From: a bacterium
GTDB lineage: Bacteria; Zhuqueibacterota; Zhuqueibacteria; Oceanimicrobiales; Oceanimicrobiaceae
DNA: 33,132 nt
Direction of reading: 5' to 3'
Assembly (NCBI GenBank): GCA_046758365.1
Contig: JBHIAC010000021.1
Span: 1 to 33,132, forward strand
This document shows positions 9,261-17,714 of this stretch, piece after piece. The notes beneath the pieces are model-generated. The model was given only the letters and a program-made list of their open reading frames with translations. It searched no databases and was not told where the DNA came from. Position numbers and translations under genes: made by a program. The stretch's first letter is position 1; every line of letters starts with the position of its first letter.

Positions 9261-12200
9261 TCATTTCAATAAACTTTGTAAGAAATTCTTAATAACTAAT
9301 AGCTTATTATCAATAGATTCGATTCTCATCCTCATTCCTAATCCATTATGTTGATAAAACTCAAAAGGTTTAGAGGCATTTTCCACCATTGAACCTAACC
9401 AGTTTTTAAAATGTTCCCCATCTTGCTTTAATAGATGAGACGCAAATTCTGCTGTCATTTCTTGGCCGTTTATGCTAATCTTTTTTAATCCGAGCTGTCC
9501 TCCAAGAATTCTTAAGGCTACAAAACTAAATAAATTTTCAACTTGTTCAGGAAGCCGACCAAATCTATCTATTAATTCCGAACGAATTTCATCTAAATTT
9601 TCAATATTTGTTGTTTCCATTAAACGACGATAAATATCTACCCGCTCTGATGCTACTACCACATAATTTTCTGGAAGATAGGCATCTGAATCTATCTCTA
9701 TCTGGGTTTCGATTTCTTGAACGATTTCTTCTTCTGGAATCTTTTCTGATTTAAGTTCTTTTACCGCTTGGTCTAAAATTTTATTGTAAAGATCAAATCC
9801 CAAAGCATCAATAAATCCCGATTGTTCAGCTCCCAATAAATTCCCAGCACCACGAATTTCCAAATCACGCATAGCGAGTTGGCTACCCGAACCTAATTCA
9901 GAAAATTCTTCAATCGCCTGTAAACGCCTCAAAGCTTCATCGGTGAGATTTTCAACTGGAGGAATAATCAAATAGGCATATGCCCGATGATGAGACCGTC
10001 CAACACGACCGCGAAGTTGATAAAGCTGCGCCATCCCAAATTTATCGGCTCTATTTATTAAGATCGTGTTTACGTTAGGCATATCTAATCCGGATTCAAT
10101 AATCATGGTCGAAACAAGAATTTGATATTTTTGATCCATAAAATTTATCATGACTTGCTCAAGGTCTTTCTCATGCATTTGACCATGTGCCACCGCCACA
10201 TCCGCTTCTGGCATCAAACTACTAATCATACTAGCAACTCGATCGATGGATCGAACTCGGTTATGCACAAAAAAGACTTGTCCACCTCGTTCTAATTCTC
10301 GCAAAATCACCTCACGAATAAAAGATTTATTAAATGGCAAAATCTCTGTAATGATCGGAAGCCGATTTTTGGGAGGCGTATTGATGTTGGTCATATCTCT
10401 TGCCCCCATCAAAGAAAGATAGAGGGTTCGCGGGATAGGAGTGGCCGTAAGAGTTAGAACATCAATTATGACGCGAAAACGCTTAAGTCGTTCTTTGTGG
10501 CGTACTCCAAAACGCTGCTCTTCATCAATAATTAAAAGGCCAAGATCCTTGAAGTCAATATCTATCGAAAGTAGCCGATGGGTACCAATCACAATATCAA
10601 TTTGGCCGCTTTGGATTTTCTCTACAATTCTTTTCTGCTCTGCTTTGGTTCGGAATCTTGAGAGCATTTCTATCTGAACAGGGAATTTCTCTAATCGATC
10701 TCGAAATGTGGTGTAATGTTGATAAGCCAAAATGGTTGTAGGTACAAGCATGGCCACTTGTTTTCCACTCATAACTGCTTTAAAAGCAGCGCGCACAGCC
10801 ACCTCGGTTTTTCCATATCCGACATCTCCACAAACTAAACGGTCCATTGGTTTATGACTTTCCATGTCTAATTTTACTTCTATGGTGGCTTTTATTTGAT
10901 CTGGGGTGTCTTCATAAGGAAAAGACGCTTCCAACTCCCGCTGCCAAAGTGTATCCTCTGTAAAATTATAGCCAGCTTGGGCCTTTCGTTTCGCATAAAT
11001 ATCGATTAATTCTTGTGCTATTTCTCTTATTTTCTTCTTTGTTTTACTTTTTAGTCGCTGCCAGTCAGGTGCACCTAATTTACTCAAGGGAGGCTTCATT
11101 CCCTCTTTTGCTGAATATTTATGGACACGATCCATCCGTTCAATTGGCACATATACTTTGTCCCCATCTCTGTACTCTAAATGAATGCATTCTCTTTCAT
11201 GCCCTCGAACGGTGATTTTTTTCAAGCCTTTAAATATGCCTATACCGAAATCTACATGAACCACATAATCACCAATATTTAAAGCTCTAAGTTGTCGAGA
11301 TGAAAGACCTTGGTGATGCTTTCGCGGAAGCCTAAGTCGTTTCGTTCTGCCAAAGAATTGATGATCAGTAAAAAGTGCCAAATTCCCTTCAGGATAAATA
11401 AACCCTTTATGGAGGCCAAAAGTGCCCACAGTAAAATTGGGAACCGAAATTCCTTCATCAGAAAAAATTTCATCTAATCGGGATGCTTGATTGTGGTGGT
11501 CGCAAAGGAAAAAAATCGTGGGGGCAACTTGATGACCATTTAATTTTTCTCGATTAAGCCTTTCGATAGATTCTTTAAAATATTTAAAATCGCCTCTAAA
11601 TACTTCTTGATTTCGTGCCCTAAGATCAATTAAATTGTCGTCTGATGTTCCAAATGAAACAAAAAATACCTTAGGAAATTTATTGATTTTATTTTCAAGC
11701 CTCTTCCAATAGGAATCATCCGTTGAATTAGCTTCAAATTCAAACTCTTCGTAATAATCATCCTTTTTTTCAATTTTATTTGGTTCGACATTTTTTCGGA
11801 TAAGTTCTGGTTCATCCAAAACCAAGATTGCATCATTTTTTAAATAGTCAAGTAAATTATAGTTATTTAATGATTCTTTAGATACGTTTTCATCAAATTG
11901 TTGTGGATATATTTCAATATGCTGAATCTGCCTCTTGGATCTTTGAGTACTCACATCAAACTCGCGTAATGATTCAACCGTATCCCCCCAAAACTCTATA
12001 CGTATAGGATAGAGAGAAGAGAAAGGGAATACATCTAAAATACCCCCACGAACACTTATTTCGCCGGGATGTTCTACCATCGATTCCCGCGAAAATCCTA
12101 AATCTACTAAGCGTGAGATAGATTCTTCAAAACCTAATTCTTTGCCGACTGCTACGGTAAGTTTTTTCTGCCGAAAATTATTAGGATAAGGCAATCTCCA

Positions 12201-12581
12201 TAAAAGACCAGAAGCGTGAGCAATCAAGACCATGAGTTTACCCTCTGTAAGTGCCTCCAGAGCAAAATGTCGCGATGATCTCTGCCCTTGATTAGAGTAA
12301 TACCAACCAAAATTAGGATATTTAGTTGTAGATAAAAATCCTACCTTTTCAGACCCTAAAAATAATTCCACATCTTCTTTTATCATTTCACCTTCTTCTA
12401 AATCGGAATTTATATAAATAATTTGTGTTGAAAATTGCTCAAAAAAGTTAACCAAGAGGAGCGATTTCAGAGAGCCAGCAATACCCTTAATATTAACATG
12501 TCCCTCTTCTAAAAGTAAATCTCTAACTTTAGTGATTGAGGGCGAATTCTGAATACTCTGTTTTAATTTGTCTACTAACAT
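9261..12581 (-). CDS. mfd: Transcription-repair coupling factor
   Basis: CarD-like RID (GDYVVHVDFGIG), Walker A GDVGYGKT, DEEQRFG, TATPIPRT, QLRGRVGR, RDLEIRGAGNLLG and a C-terminal TRCF domain. Confidence 0.97.
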   Translation of the reverse strand: MLVDKLKQSIQNSPSITKVRDLLLEEGHVNIKGIAGSLKSLLLVNFFEQFSTQIIYINSDLEEGEMIKEDVELFLGSEKVGFLSTTKYPNFGWYYSNQGQRSSRHFALEALTEGKLMVLIAHASGLLWRLPYPNNFRQKKLTVAVGKELGFEESISRLVDLGFSRESMVEHPGEISVRGGILDVFPFSSLYPIRIEFWGDTVESLREFDVSTQRSKRQIQHIEIYPQQFDENVSKESLNNYNLLDYLKNDAILVLDEPELIRKNVEPNKIEKKDDYYEEFEFEANSTDDSYWKRLENKINKFPKVFFVSFGTSDDNLIDLRARNQEVFRGDFKYFKESIERLNREKLNGHQVAPTIFFLCDHHNQASRLDEIFSDEGISVPNFTVGTFGLHKGFIYPEGNLALFTDHQFFGRTKRLRLPRKHHQGLSSRQLRALNIGDYVVHVDFGIGIFKGLKKITVRGHERECIHLEYRDGDKVYVPIERMDRVHKYSAKEGMKPPLSKLGAPDWQRLKSKTKKKIREIAQELIDIYAKRKAQAGYNFTEDTLWQRELEASFPYEDTPDQIKATIEVKLDMESHKPMDRLVCGDVGYGKTEVAVRAAFKAVMSGKQVAMLVPTTILAYQHYTTFRDRLEKFPVQIEMLSRFRTKAEQKRIVEKIQSGQIDIVIGTHRLLSIDIDFKDLGLLIIDEEQRFGVRHKERLKRFRVIIDVLTLTATPIPRTLYLSLMGARDMTNINTPPKNRLPIITEILPFNKSFIREVILRELERGGQVFFVHNRVRSIDRVASMISSLMPEADVAVAHGQMHEKDLEQVMINFMDQKYQILVSTMIIESGLDMPNVNTILINRADKFGMAQLYQLRGRVGRSHHRAYAYLIIPPVENLTDEALRRLQAIEEFSELGSGSQLAMRDLEIRGAGNLLGAEQSGFIDALGFDLYNKILDQAVKELKSEKIPEEEIVQEIETQIEIDSDAYLPENYVVVASERVDIYRRLMETTNIENLDEIRSELIDRFGRLPEQVENLFSFVALRILGGQLGLKKISINGQEMTAEFASHLLKQDGEHFKNWLGSMVENASKPFEFYQHNGLGMRMRIESIDNKLLVIKNFLQSLLK

Positions 12582-13486
12582 TCTAGGGCTCCATGAACAA
12601 ACCCGTCACTTGCCTCAAGTCGATTTCGGGCTTCGTCGACTTCGACTCCAGCTAATATCATGACTATGGCAGTTTTTACATGCCCTCCGGCCTTACTCAA
12701 AACCTTTGACGCTTCTTTATAATCCACCCCTGTTACCATCATAACTGTTCTTTTGGATCTCTCTTCAAGTTTACGGGATTTCATCTGCAAGTCCACCATC
12801 ATGTTTCCGTACACTTTCCCCATTCTTATCATGGCGGTGGTGGTTAGCATATTTAAAACCAGCTTAGTGGCAGTACCCGCTTTCATCCTCGTAGACCCCA
12901 TTATTACCTCGGGTCCAACCACTGGACAAATAGCCACATCTACCTCCAAATTTAATTCAGAGCGTGGATTGCAGGCGACGTACAAAGTTTTTCCTCCTAT
13001 TTCTCGTGCTTTTTTGATAGCTGCGATCACATATGGGGTTCGTCGGCTTGCGGCGATTCCACATGCCACATCTTTTTTTGTGAATCCTCTTTTAATTAAA
13101 TCCAATATAGCTTGTTCTTCTTGATCTTCGCTACCCTCCTGAGCCCGCACAAGGGCTTGGTAACTACCCGCAATTATTCCTTGAATCATTTCAGGTTCTG
13201 TTCCAAAAGTAGGCGGACATTCCGCCGCGTCTAACACCCCTAAGCGACCACTGGTTCCTGCACCAATATAAAAGAGACGCCCACCTTTTTTAAAAGCGTC
13301 AACCAAAATCTCAACTGCCTGGGCGATATATTTTATTTCGCCTTCAACAATCTTCGGGACTTTTTTATCTTCAGCGTTAATAATCCGAAGAATCTCAATT
13401 GTGGATTTATTATCAATGCCTTCAGATACTGGATTGCTCGACTCAGTAACCAATTTTTTCAATTCTTGGAAAACTTTGTCTTCCAC
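12575..13486 (-). CDS. murQ: N-acetylmuramic acid 6-phosphate etherase
   Basis: GAGTSGRLGVLDAAECPPTFG, VVGPEVIMGSTRMKAGTATKLVLNMLTT and GKVYGNMMVD motifs; GTG start. Confidence 0.97.
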   Translation of the reverse strand: MEDKVFQELKKLVTESSNPVSEGIDNKSTIEILRIINAEDKKVPKIVEGEIKYIAQAVEILVDAFKKGGRLFYIGAGTSGRLGVLDAAECPPTFGTEPEMIQGIIAGSYQALVRAQEGSEDQEEQAILDLIKRGFTKKDVACGIAASRRTPYVIAAIKKAREIGGKTLYVACNPRSELNLEVDVAICPVVGPEVIMGSTRMKAGTATKLVLNMLTTTAMIRMGKVYGNMMVDLQMKSRKLEERSKRTVMMVTGVDYKEASKVLSKAGGHVKTAIVMILAGVEVDEARNRLEASDGFVHGALEC

Positions 13487-13488
13487 CT

Positions 13489-14214
13489 TTATTTACTCAA
13501 CTTTTCTCTTGGATAAACAAATACAACTCTTTGTTCTTTTGTTCTACTAGTCCCTTTAAGAGGAAGCGGTTTTATTTCATAGGTTAAATATGCATTATAC
13601 TTCTTCAATTCCTGAATCTCACTTAATACTTTTGATCCTTTCATGGCTATAAGTAGTCCATGTATTTTAATAAAAGGCTGGGCCCATTTATAAAGTATTG
13701 GAAGAGTTGCAACGGCCCGACTAATAACGATATCAAAATTCTTTTGAAATTCAGGTTTCACTGCTGCGTCCTCAGCTCGCATACAAAAAACTGTCACATT
13801 TTCCAGCTCTAATTTTTCAATTAAATTTTTTAAAAAAAGCACTTTCATCCTTTTAGAATCCATCAGTGTCATGGACAAATCTGGACGCACGATTTTCAAG
13901 GGCACACCTGGAAAGCCTCCCCCTGAACCTAAATCCAATACGGAAAGGTCTTTCTGAAACACATCAAAAAGAGAAAGCACGGCTGATTCTAAAAAATGCC
14001 TTCCCAAAATTCGGCTTTCGTCTCGTTTTGAAATTAAATTTGCTTTTTGATTCCAGGTCAGAATTTCTCGAATATATTTGCTGAATTGTCTCAGTTGATG
14101 TTCAGATAATTGGATTCCAACATCATGTAAACGAGCCACTAAATTGGGGAGAATTAATTCTTCATATTTATCTTTTATTTCATATCCCTTTTGTTTCACG
14201 TGAAACATTGCCAA
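13489..14214 (-). CDS. rsmG: 16S rRNA m7G527 methyltransferase (GidB)
   Basis: WNQKANLIS, RHFLES, DLGSGGGFPG, DSKRMK, RAE and SRAVA motifs, directly after mnmG. The likely start is ATG 14208. Confidence 0.95.
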   Translation of the reverse strand: MAMFHVKQKGYEIKDKYEELILPNLVARLHDVGIQLSEHQLRQFSKYIREILTWNQKANLISKRDESRILGRHFLESAVLSLFDVFQKDLSVLDLGSGGGFPGVPLKIVRPDLSMTLMDSKRMKVLFLKNLIEKLELENVTVFCMRAEDAAVKPEFQKNFDIVISRAVATLPILYKWAQPFIKIHGLLIAMKGSKVLSEIQELKKYNAYLTYEIKPLPLKGTSRTKEQRVVFVYPREKLSK

Positions 14215-16090
14215 AATTTTTTCGAGTTAAGTAGAGTAGAAGAATCGAAATGTCCGCTGGCGATACCCCTGAAATCCTTGATGCTTGTCCGATAGTTTTC
14301 GGCTGTATCATCTGGAGCTTTTCTCGCGCTTCTGCCGATAAGGTCTTTATGGATAAATAATCAAACCCCTTCGGTATGGGCTTCGAATCCAATTGGCGGA
14401 CTTGCTCTGCTTGTTGATACTGCCGACGAATAAATCCCTCATACTTAATTTCAATATCTACCTGTTCACGGACTTGATTCCAGGCCTTGTCCTCCCAATG
14501 ATTGAGCACATCTAATTGACAAAGGCTTTTTAATTGGAATATGGGAACTTCTGGTCTTTTTAACAGATTATACAGACTTTCTTTTTCTGATATAGGTGAT
14601 GAACCAAAGCTATTTAAAATAGGATTGATGTTATCAGGGTCAACCCTGATTTTTTTCAATTCTTCTAATGATTGTTGAATTCTTTTACGTTTTAAACTTA
14701 ATTTCTGATGAATCTCTGAAGGAATAAGTCCTAAGTGATATCCGTAATTCATAAGACGAAGATCCGCATTGTCTTGGCGGAGTATAAGCCTGTGTTCGGC
14801 TCGGGAGGTAAACATTCTATATGGCTCAATTGTGCCTTTTGTAACTAAATCGTCTATTAAAACCCCAATGTATGCCTCGGTACGGTCCAAGACAAAGGGC
14901 TCTTCTCCGCGAATTTTTAAAACAGCATTTACCCCAGCCATAAAGCCTTGGCAAGCAGCCTCCTCATATCCAGTAGTGCCATTAATTTGCCCAGCAAAAA
15001 ATAAATTTTCAATCAGTTTAGTTTCCAAATTGGCTTGAATTTGTGTTGGCGGAAAAAAGTCGTACTCCACCGCATAGCCCAGCCGAGTAACGTTTGCTTT
15101 CTCCAACCCTGGAATGGTTCGAATGCCCTTTAATTGAACCTCTTCAGGAAGACTGGTAGAAAAACCATTGACGTAGTATTCAGTTGTATTCCGCCCCTCT
15201 GGCTCTAAAAATATTTGATGCCTTTCTTTATTTGCAAAACGGTTAATTTTGTCTTCTATGGAAGGACAATATCGTGGACCCACTCCTTGAATTCTACCAG
15301 TATACATTGGCGATCGGTCAAAACCTGTTCGTAAAATATCATGGGTTTGAGTATTGGTGTAAGTCAAATAACAAGGAAGCTGGTCTACTTCGAGTTCATC
15401 ATCCCTGAAAGAAAAAGGAATGGGAATCGCATCCCCAGGTTGAATGTCTAGTTCGGAAAAATCGATGGTTGTTCCATCAAGTCGAGGTGGTGTACCTGTT
15501 TTGAGACGTCCCGATTCGAATCCAAGTTCGACTAAGTATTCGGTTAGGCCTTGGGCTGCAAACTCACCCGCACGACCGGCTGAATATTGAACTTCACCTA
15601 TGTGGATTATGCCATTCAGAAATGTTCCGGCAGTTAAGATCACAGCTCGGGCCGGTATCACATTTCCTGTTTCGATGCGCACCCCACAAACTTTGTTATT
15701 TTTAACTACAAGTCCGACCCCCATTCCTTGACGCAAATCTAATTTTTGTTGATTTTCACAGGCTCGACGAATTCTTGCTGCATAATGCGCTCTGTCACAT
15801 TGAGCTCTAGGCGACCATACGGCAGGGCCTTTGGAACGATTGAGCATGCGAAACTGAATACCAGTATCATCGGTTGCTAAAGCCATTTCACCTCCCAAGG
15901 CATCGATTTCCCGCACCAATTGCCCCTTGGCCAATCCCCCAATAGCTGGATTACAAGACATTTGACCGATGGTGAAAATATTCATTGTAAGCAGCATGGT
16001 TTTGGCCCCCATTCTCGCAGCAGCTAAGGCCGCTTCTGTACCCGCATGGCCCCCACCAACAACAACAACCTCGTATATATCATTAAGCAT
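14180..16090 (-). CDS. mnmG: tRNA uridine-5-carboxymethylaminomethyl(34) synthesis enzyme (GidA)
   Basis: GGGHAGTEAA, MSCNPAIGG, RLKTGTPPRL, GPRYCPSIEDK, GQINGTTGYEEAA and EPYRMFTSRAE motifs. ATG 16090 is preferred over TTG 16105. Confidence 0.97.
   Translation of the reverse strand: MLNDIYEVVVVGGGHAGTEAALAAARMGAKTMLLTMNIFTIGQMSCNPAIGGLAKGQLVREIDALGGEMALATDDTGIQFRMLNRSKGPAVWSPRAQCDRAHYAARIRRACENQQKLDLRQGMGVGLVVKNNKVCGVRIETGNVIPARAVILTAGTFLNGIIHIGEVQYSAGRAGEFAAQGLTEYLVELGFESGRLKTGTPPRLDGTTIDFSELDIQPGDAIPIPFSFRDDELEVDQLPCYLTYTNTQTHDILRTGFDRSPMYTGRIQGVGPRYCPSIEDKINRFANKERHQIFLEPEGRNTTEYYVNGFSTSLPEEVQLKGIRTIPGLEKANVTRLGYAVEYDFFPPTQIQANLETKLIENLFFAGQINGTTGYEEAACQGFMAGVNAVLKIRGEEPFVLDRTEAYIGVLIDDLVTKGTIEPYRMFTSRAEHRLILRQDNADLRLMNYGYHLGLIPSEIHQKLSLKRKRIQQSLEELKKIRVDPDNINPILNSFGSSPISEKESLYNLLKRPEVPIFQLKSLCQLDVLNHWEDKAWNQVREQVDIEIKYEGFIRRQYQQAEQVRQLDSKPIPKGFDYLSIKTLSAEAREKLQMIQPKTIGQASRISGVSPADISILLLYLTRKNFGNVSRETKGI
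14192..14207. promoter_or_regulatory. parS site (ParB-binding chromosome centromere)
   Basis: Perfect 16-bp palindrome TGTTTCACGTGAAACA inside the mnmG/rsmG overlap. Confidence 0.92.
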
Positions 16091-16135
16091 TATAAAAGAT
16101 TCCAAAAATTTTAAAGATTAATTTAAAACTCGAAA

Positions 16136-16151
16136 TGTTTCACGTGAAACA
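16136..16151. promoter_or_regulatory. parS site (ParB-binding chromosome centromere)
   Basis: Second perfect TGTTTCACGTGAAACA, in the mnmE-mnmG intergenic gap. Confidence 0.93.
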
Positions 16152-16155
16152 CCTT

Positions 16156-17607
16156 TTATTTACCTATACAATATTTTGAAAATATGTTATTTAGTATGTC
16201 TTCTGTGGTTACCTCTCCAATTATTTCTCCCAAATGTTCAAGAGCTGCTCTTAAATCCAAAGCCACAAACTCTGAAGACAGTCCTCGTGCCAAGGAATTG
16301 AGACCTGCTTGTAGTGATTCCAAGGCTAAATTAAGCGCCTGTTTGTGCCGAATACTTGTTAATAAGGGTTTATCTTGAGAATAACCCTCATTTCCTAATA
16401 CTAATCTTATAAGTATCTCCTCTAACTTCTTAAATCCTAAATGCTCCTTAGCAGATATTTCTAAAATTGGACCGTTGCCTAAATGCTTATTCAACTTAGT
16501 TCTTGTTAATTTTTGTTCAAGGTCAATTTTATTAATTAGCCCCACAAAACCATTATGAATCTCTTTGTCATGTTTTCTTATAGTAAATACATGATTAATT
16601 ATTTCCAAATCATGGCAATTTAATTGTGCTGAGCCATCAAATATAAGAAGTATGATATCGGCATCTTTTATCTGATTTTCTGTTCTTCTTACCCCTTCCT
16701 GTTCTACTTTGTCTCCTGGGGGACGAATTCCCGCTGTATCAACTACCCTAAATAATACCCCTCGTATATCTAATTGTTCTTCCAGAACATCCCGAGTCGT
16801 TCCGGGTATTTCTGTAACGATAGCTCTTTCTTCTTTTAGCAAGGCATTTAGTAGGCTGGACTTCCCAACATTAGGCCTGCCTATTATAGCCACTTTAGCT
16901 CCCTCTCGTAAAATTTTTCCCCGTTCGTAGGTAGAAAGAAATAATCTTATTTCTTCTATAGAATTTTTTAGCTTTCTTTCAACTTCCGCCCTATCTGCAA
17001 ATTCAATATCTTCTTCTGCAAAATCTAATTCAAGTTCCAGTAAAGAACAGATTTCTATCAGACCTTGTCGAATATTTTTAATTCTACGCGAAAGCGCTCC
17101 TTGATATTGAGTAAGAGCGGTCTTCAAACTCAATTCTGTTTTTGCACGAATTATATCTGCAACTGCTTCAGCTTGCGAAAGATCTAATCGTCCATTTAAA
17201 AAGGCCCTTTGTGTAAATTCGCCAGGTTGAGCCAATCTTGCACCTTGCTCTAACAGCAACTCCAAAATCCTATGGCTAATAAATTGTCCACCATGACAGC
17301 CTATTTCTACTATATTCTCTCTGGTGTATGAGTTAGGTGCACGAAATAGAGTAACAATTATCTCGTCTAAAAATTCGACATTTTGAGTTGTTTCCTTAAG
17401 ATAAGACTGCACTTTTTCGTTTTGAGGTGACATCACTATTTTTCCCAAGTAAGCTTTGTGGGATTCTGCTTCTAACAGTCGAACCTTCCCTTGAAAGATT
17501 TTATCTACTATGGAAATCGCTGAAGAACCATTTATACGAATGACCGCAATACCCCCTGAACCCTTGGGTGTAGAAATGGCTGCGATAGTATCTTCTTTAT
17601 TATACAT
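16156..17607 (-). CDS. mnmE: tRNA modification GTPase MnmE (TrmE)
   Basis: DTIAAISTP, GEFTQRAFLNG, GRPNVGKSSL, GTTRD, DTAG, NKID and C-terminal CIGK motifs. Confidence 0.97.
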   Translation of the reverse strand: MYNKEDTIAAISTPKGSGGIAVIRINGSSAISIVDKIFQGKVRLLEAESHKAYLGKIVMSPQNEKVQSYLKETTQNVEFLDEIIVTLFRAPNSYTRENIVEIGCHGGQFISHRILELLLEQGARLAQPGEFTQRAFLNGRLDLSQAEAVADIIRAKTELSLKTALTQYQGALSRRIKNIRQGLIEICSLLELELDFAEEDIEFADRAEVERKLKNSIEEIRLFLSTYERGKILREGAKVAIIGRPNVGKSSLLNALLKEERAIVTEIPGTTRDVLEEQLDIRGVLFRVVDTAGIRPPGDKVEQEGVRRTENQIKDADIILLIFDGSAQLNCHDLEIINHVFTIRKHDKEIHNGFVGLINKIDLEQKLTRTKLNKHLGNGPILEISAKEHLGFKKLEEILIRLVLGNEGYSQDKPLLTSIRHKQALNLALESLQAGLNSLARGLSSEFVALDLRAALEHLGEIIGEVTTEDILNNIFSKYCIGK

Positions 17608-17625
17608 AAAAATTTCAGAATTCCT

Positions 17626-17656
17626 AAAAAAACAGCCCTACTCAAATGGCAGGGCT
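17626..17656 (-). terminator. Rho-independent terminator downstream of yidC
   Basis: Minus-strand RNA AGCCCUGC-CAUUUGA-GUAGGGCU (8-bp stem with one G-U pair), followed by GUUUUUUU. Confidence 0.75.
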
Positions 17657-17714
17657 TAAATTAAATATCTTAAACACCAGTTAATTTTATTAAGAATTAA
17701 AGTACTCAGCTATT

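Noticed and set aside
1182..13408. Isolated DnaA-box-like 9-mers inside genes (near 1183, 8536, 9006, 11903, 13400)
   Set aside because: These are single mismatched copies in coding sequence, expected by chance in AT-rich DNA.
17370..17440. Apparent ~16-aa insertion in the MnmE N-terminal domain (MSPQNEKVQSYLKETTQNVE)
   Set aside because: It has no palindrome or intein signature and only a 7-bp CTCAAAA duplication, so it is most likely a variable loop.
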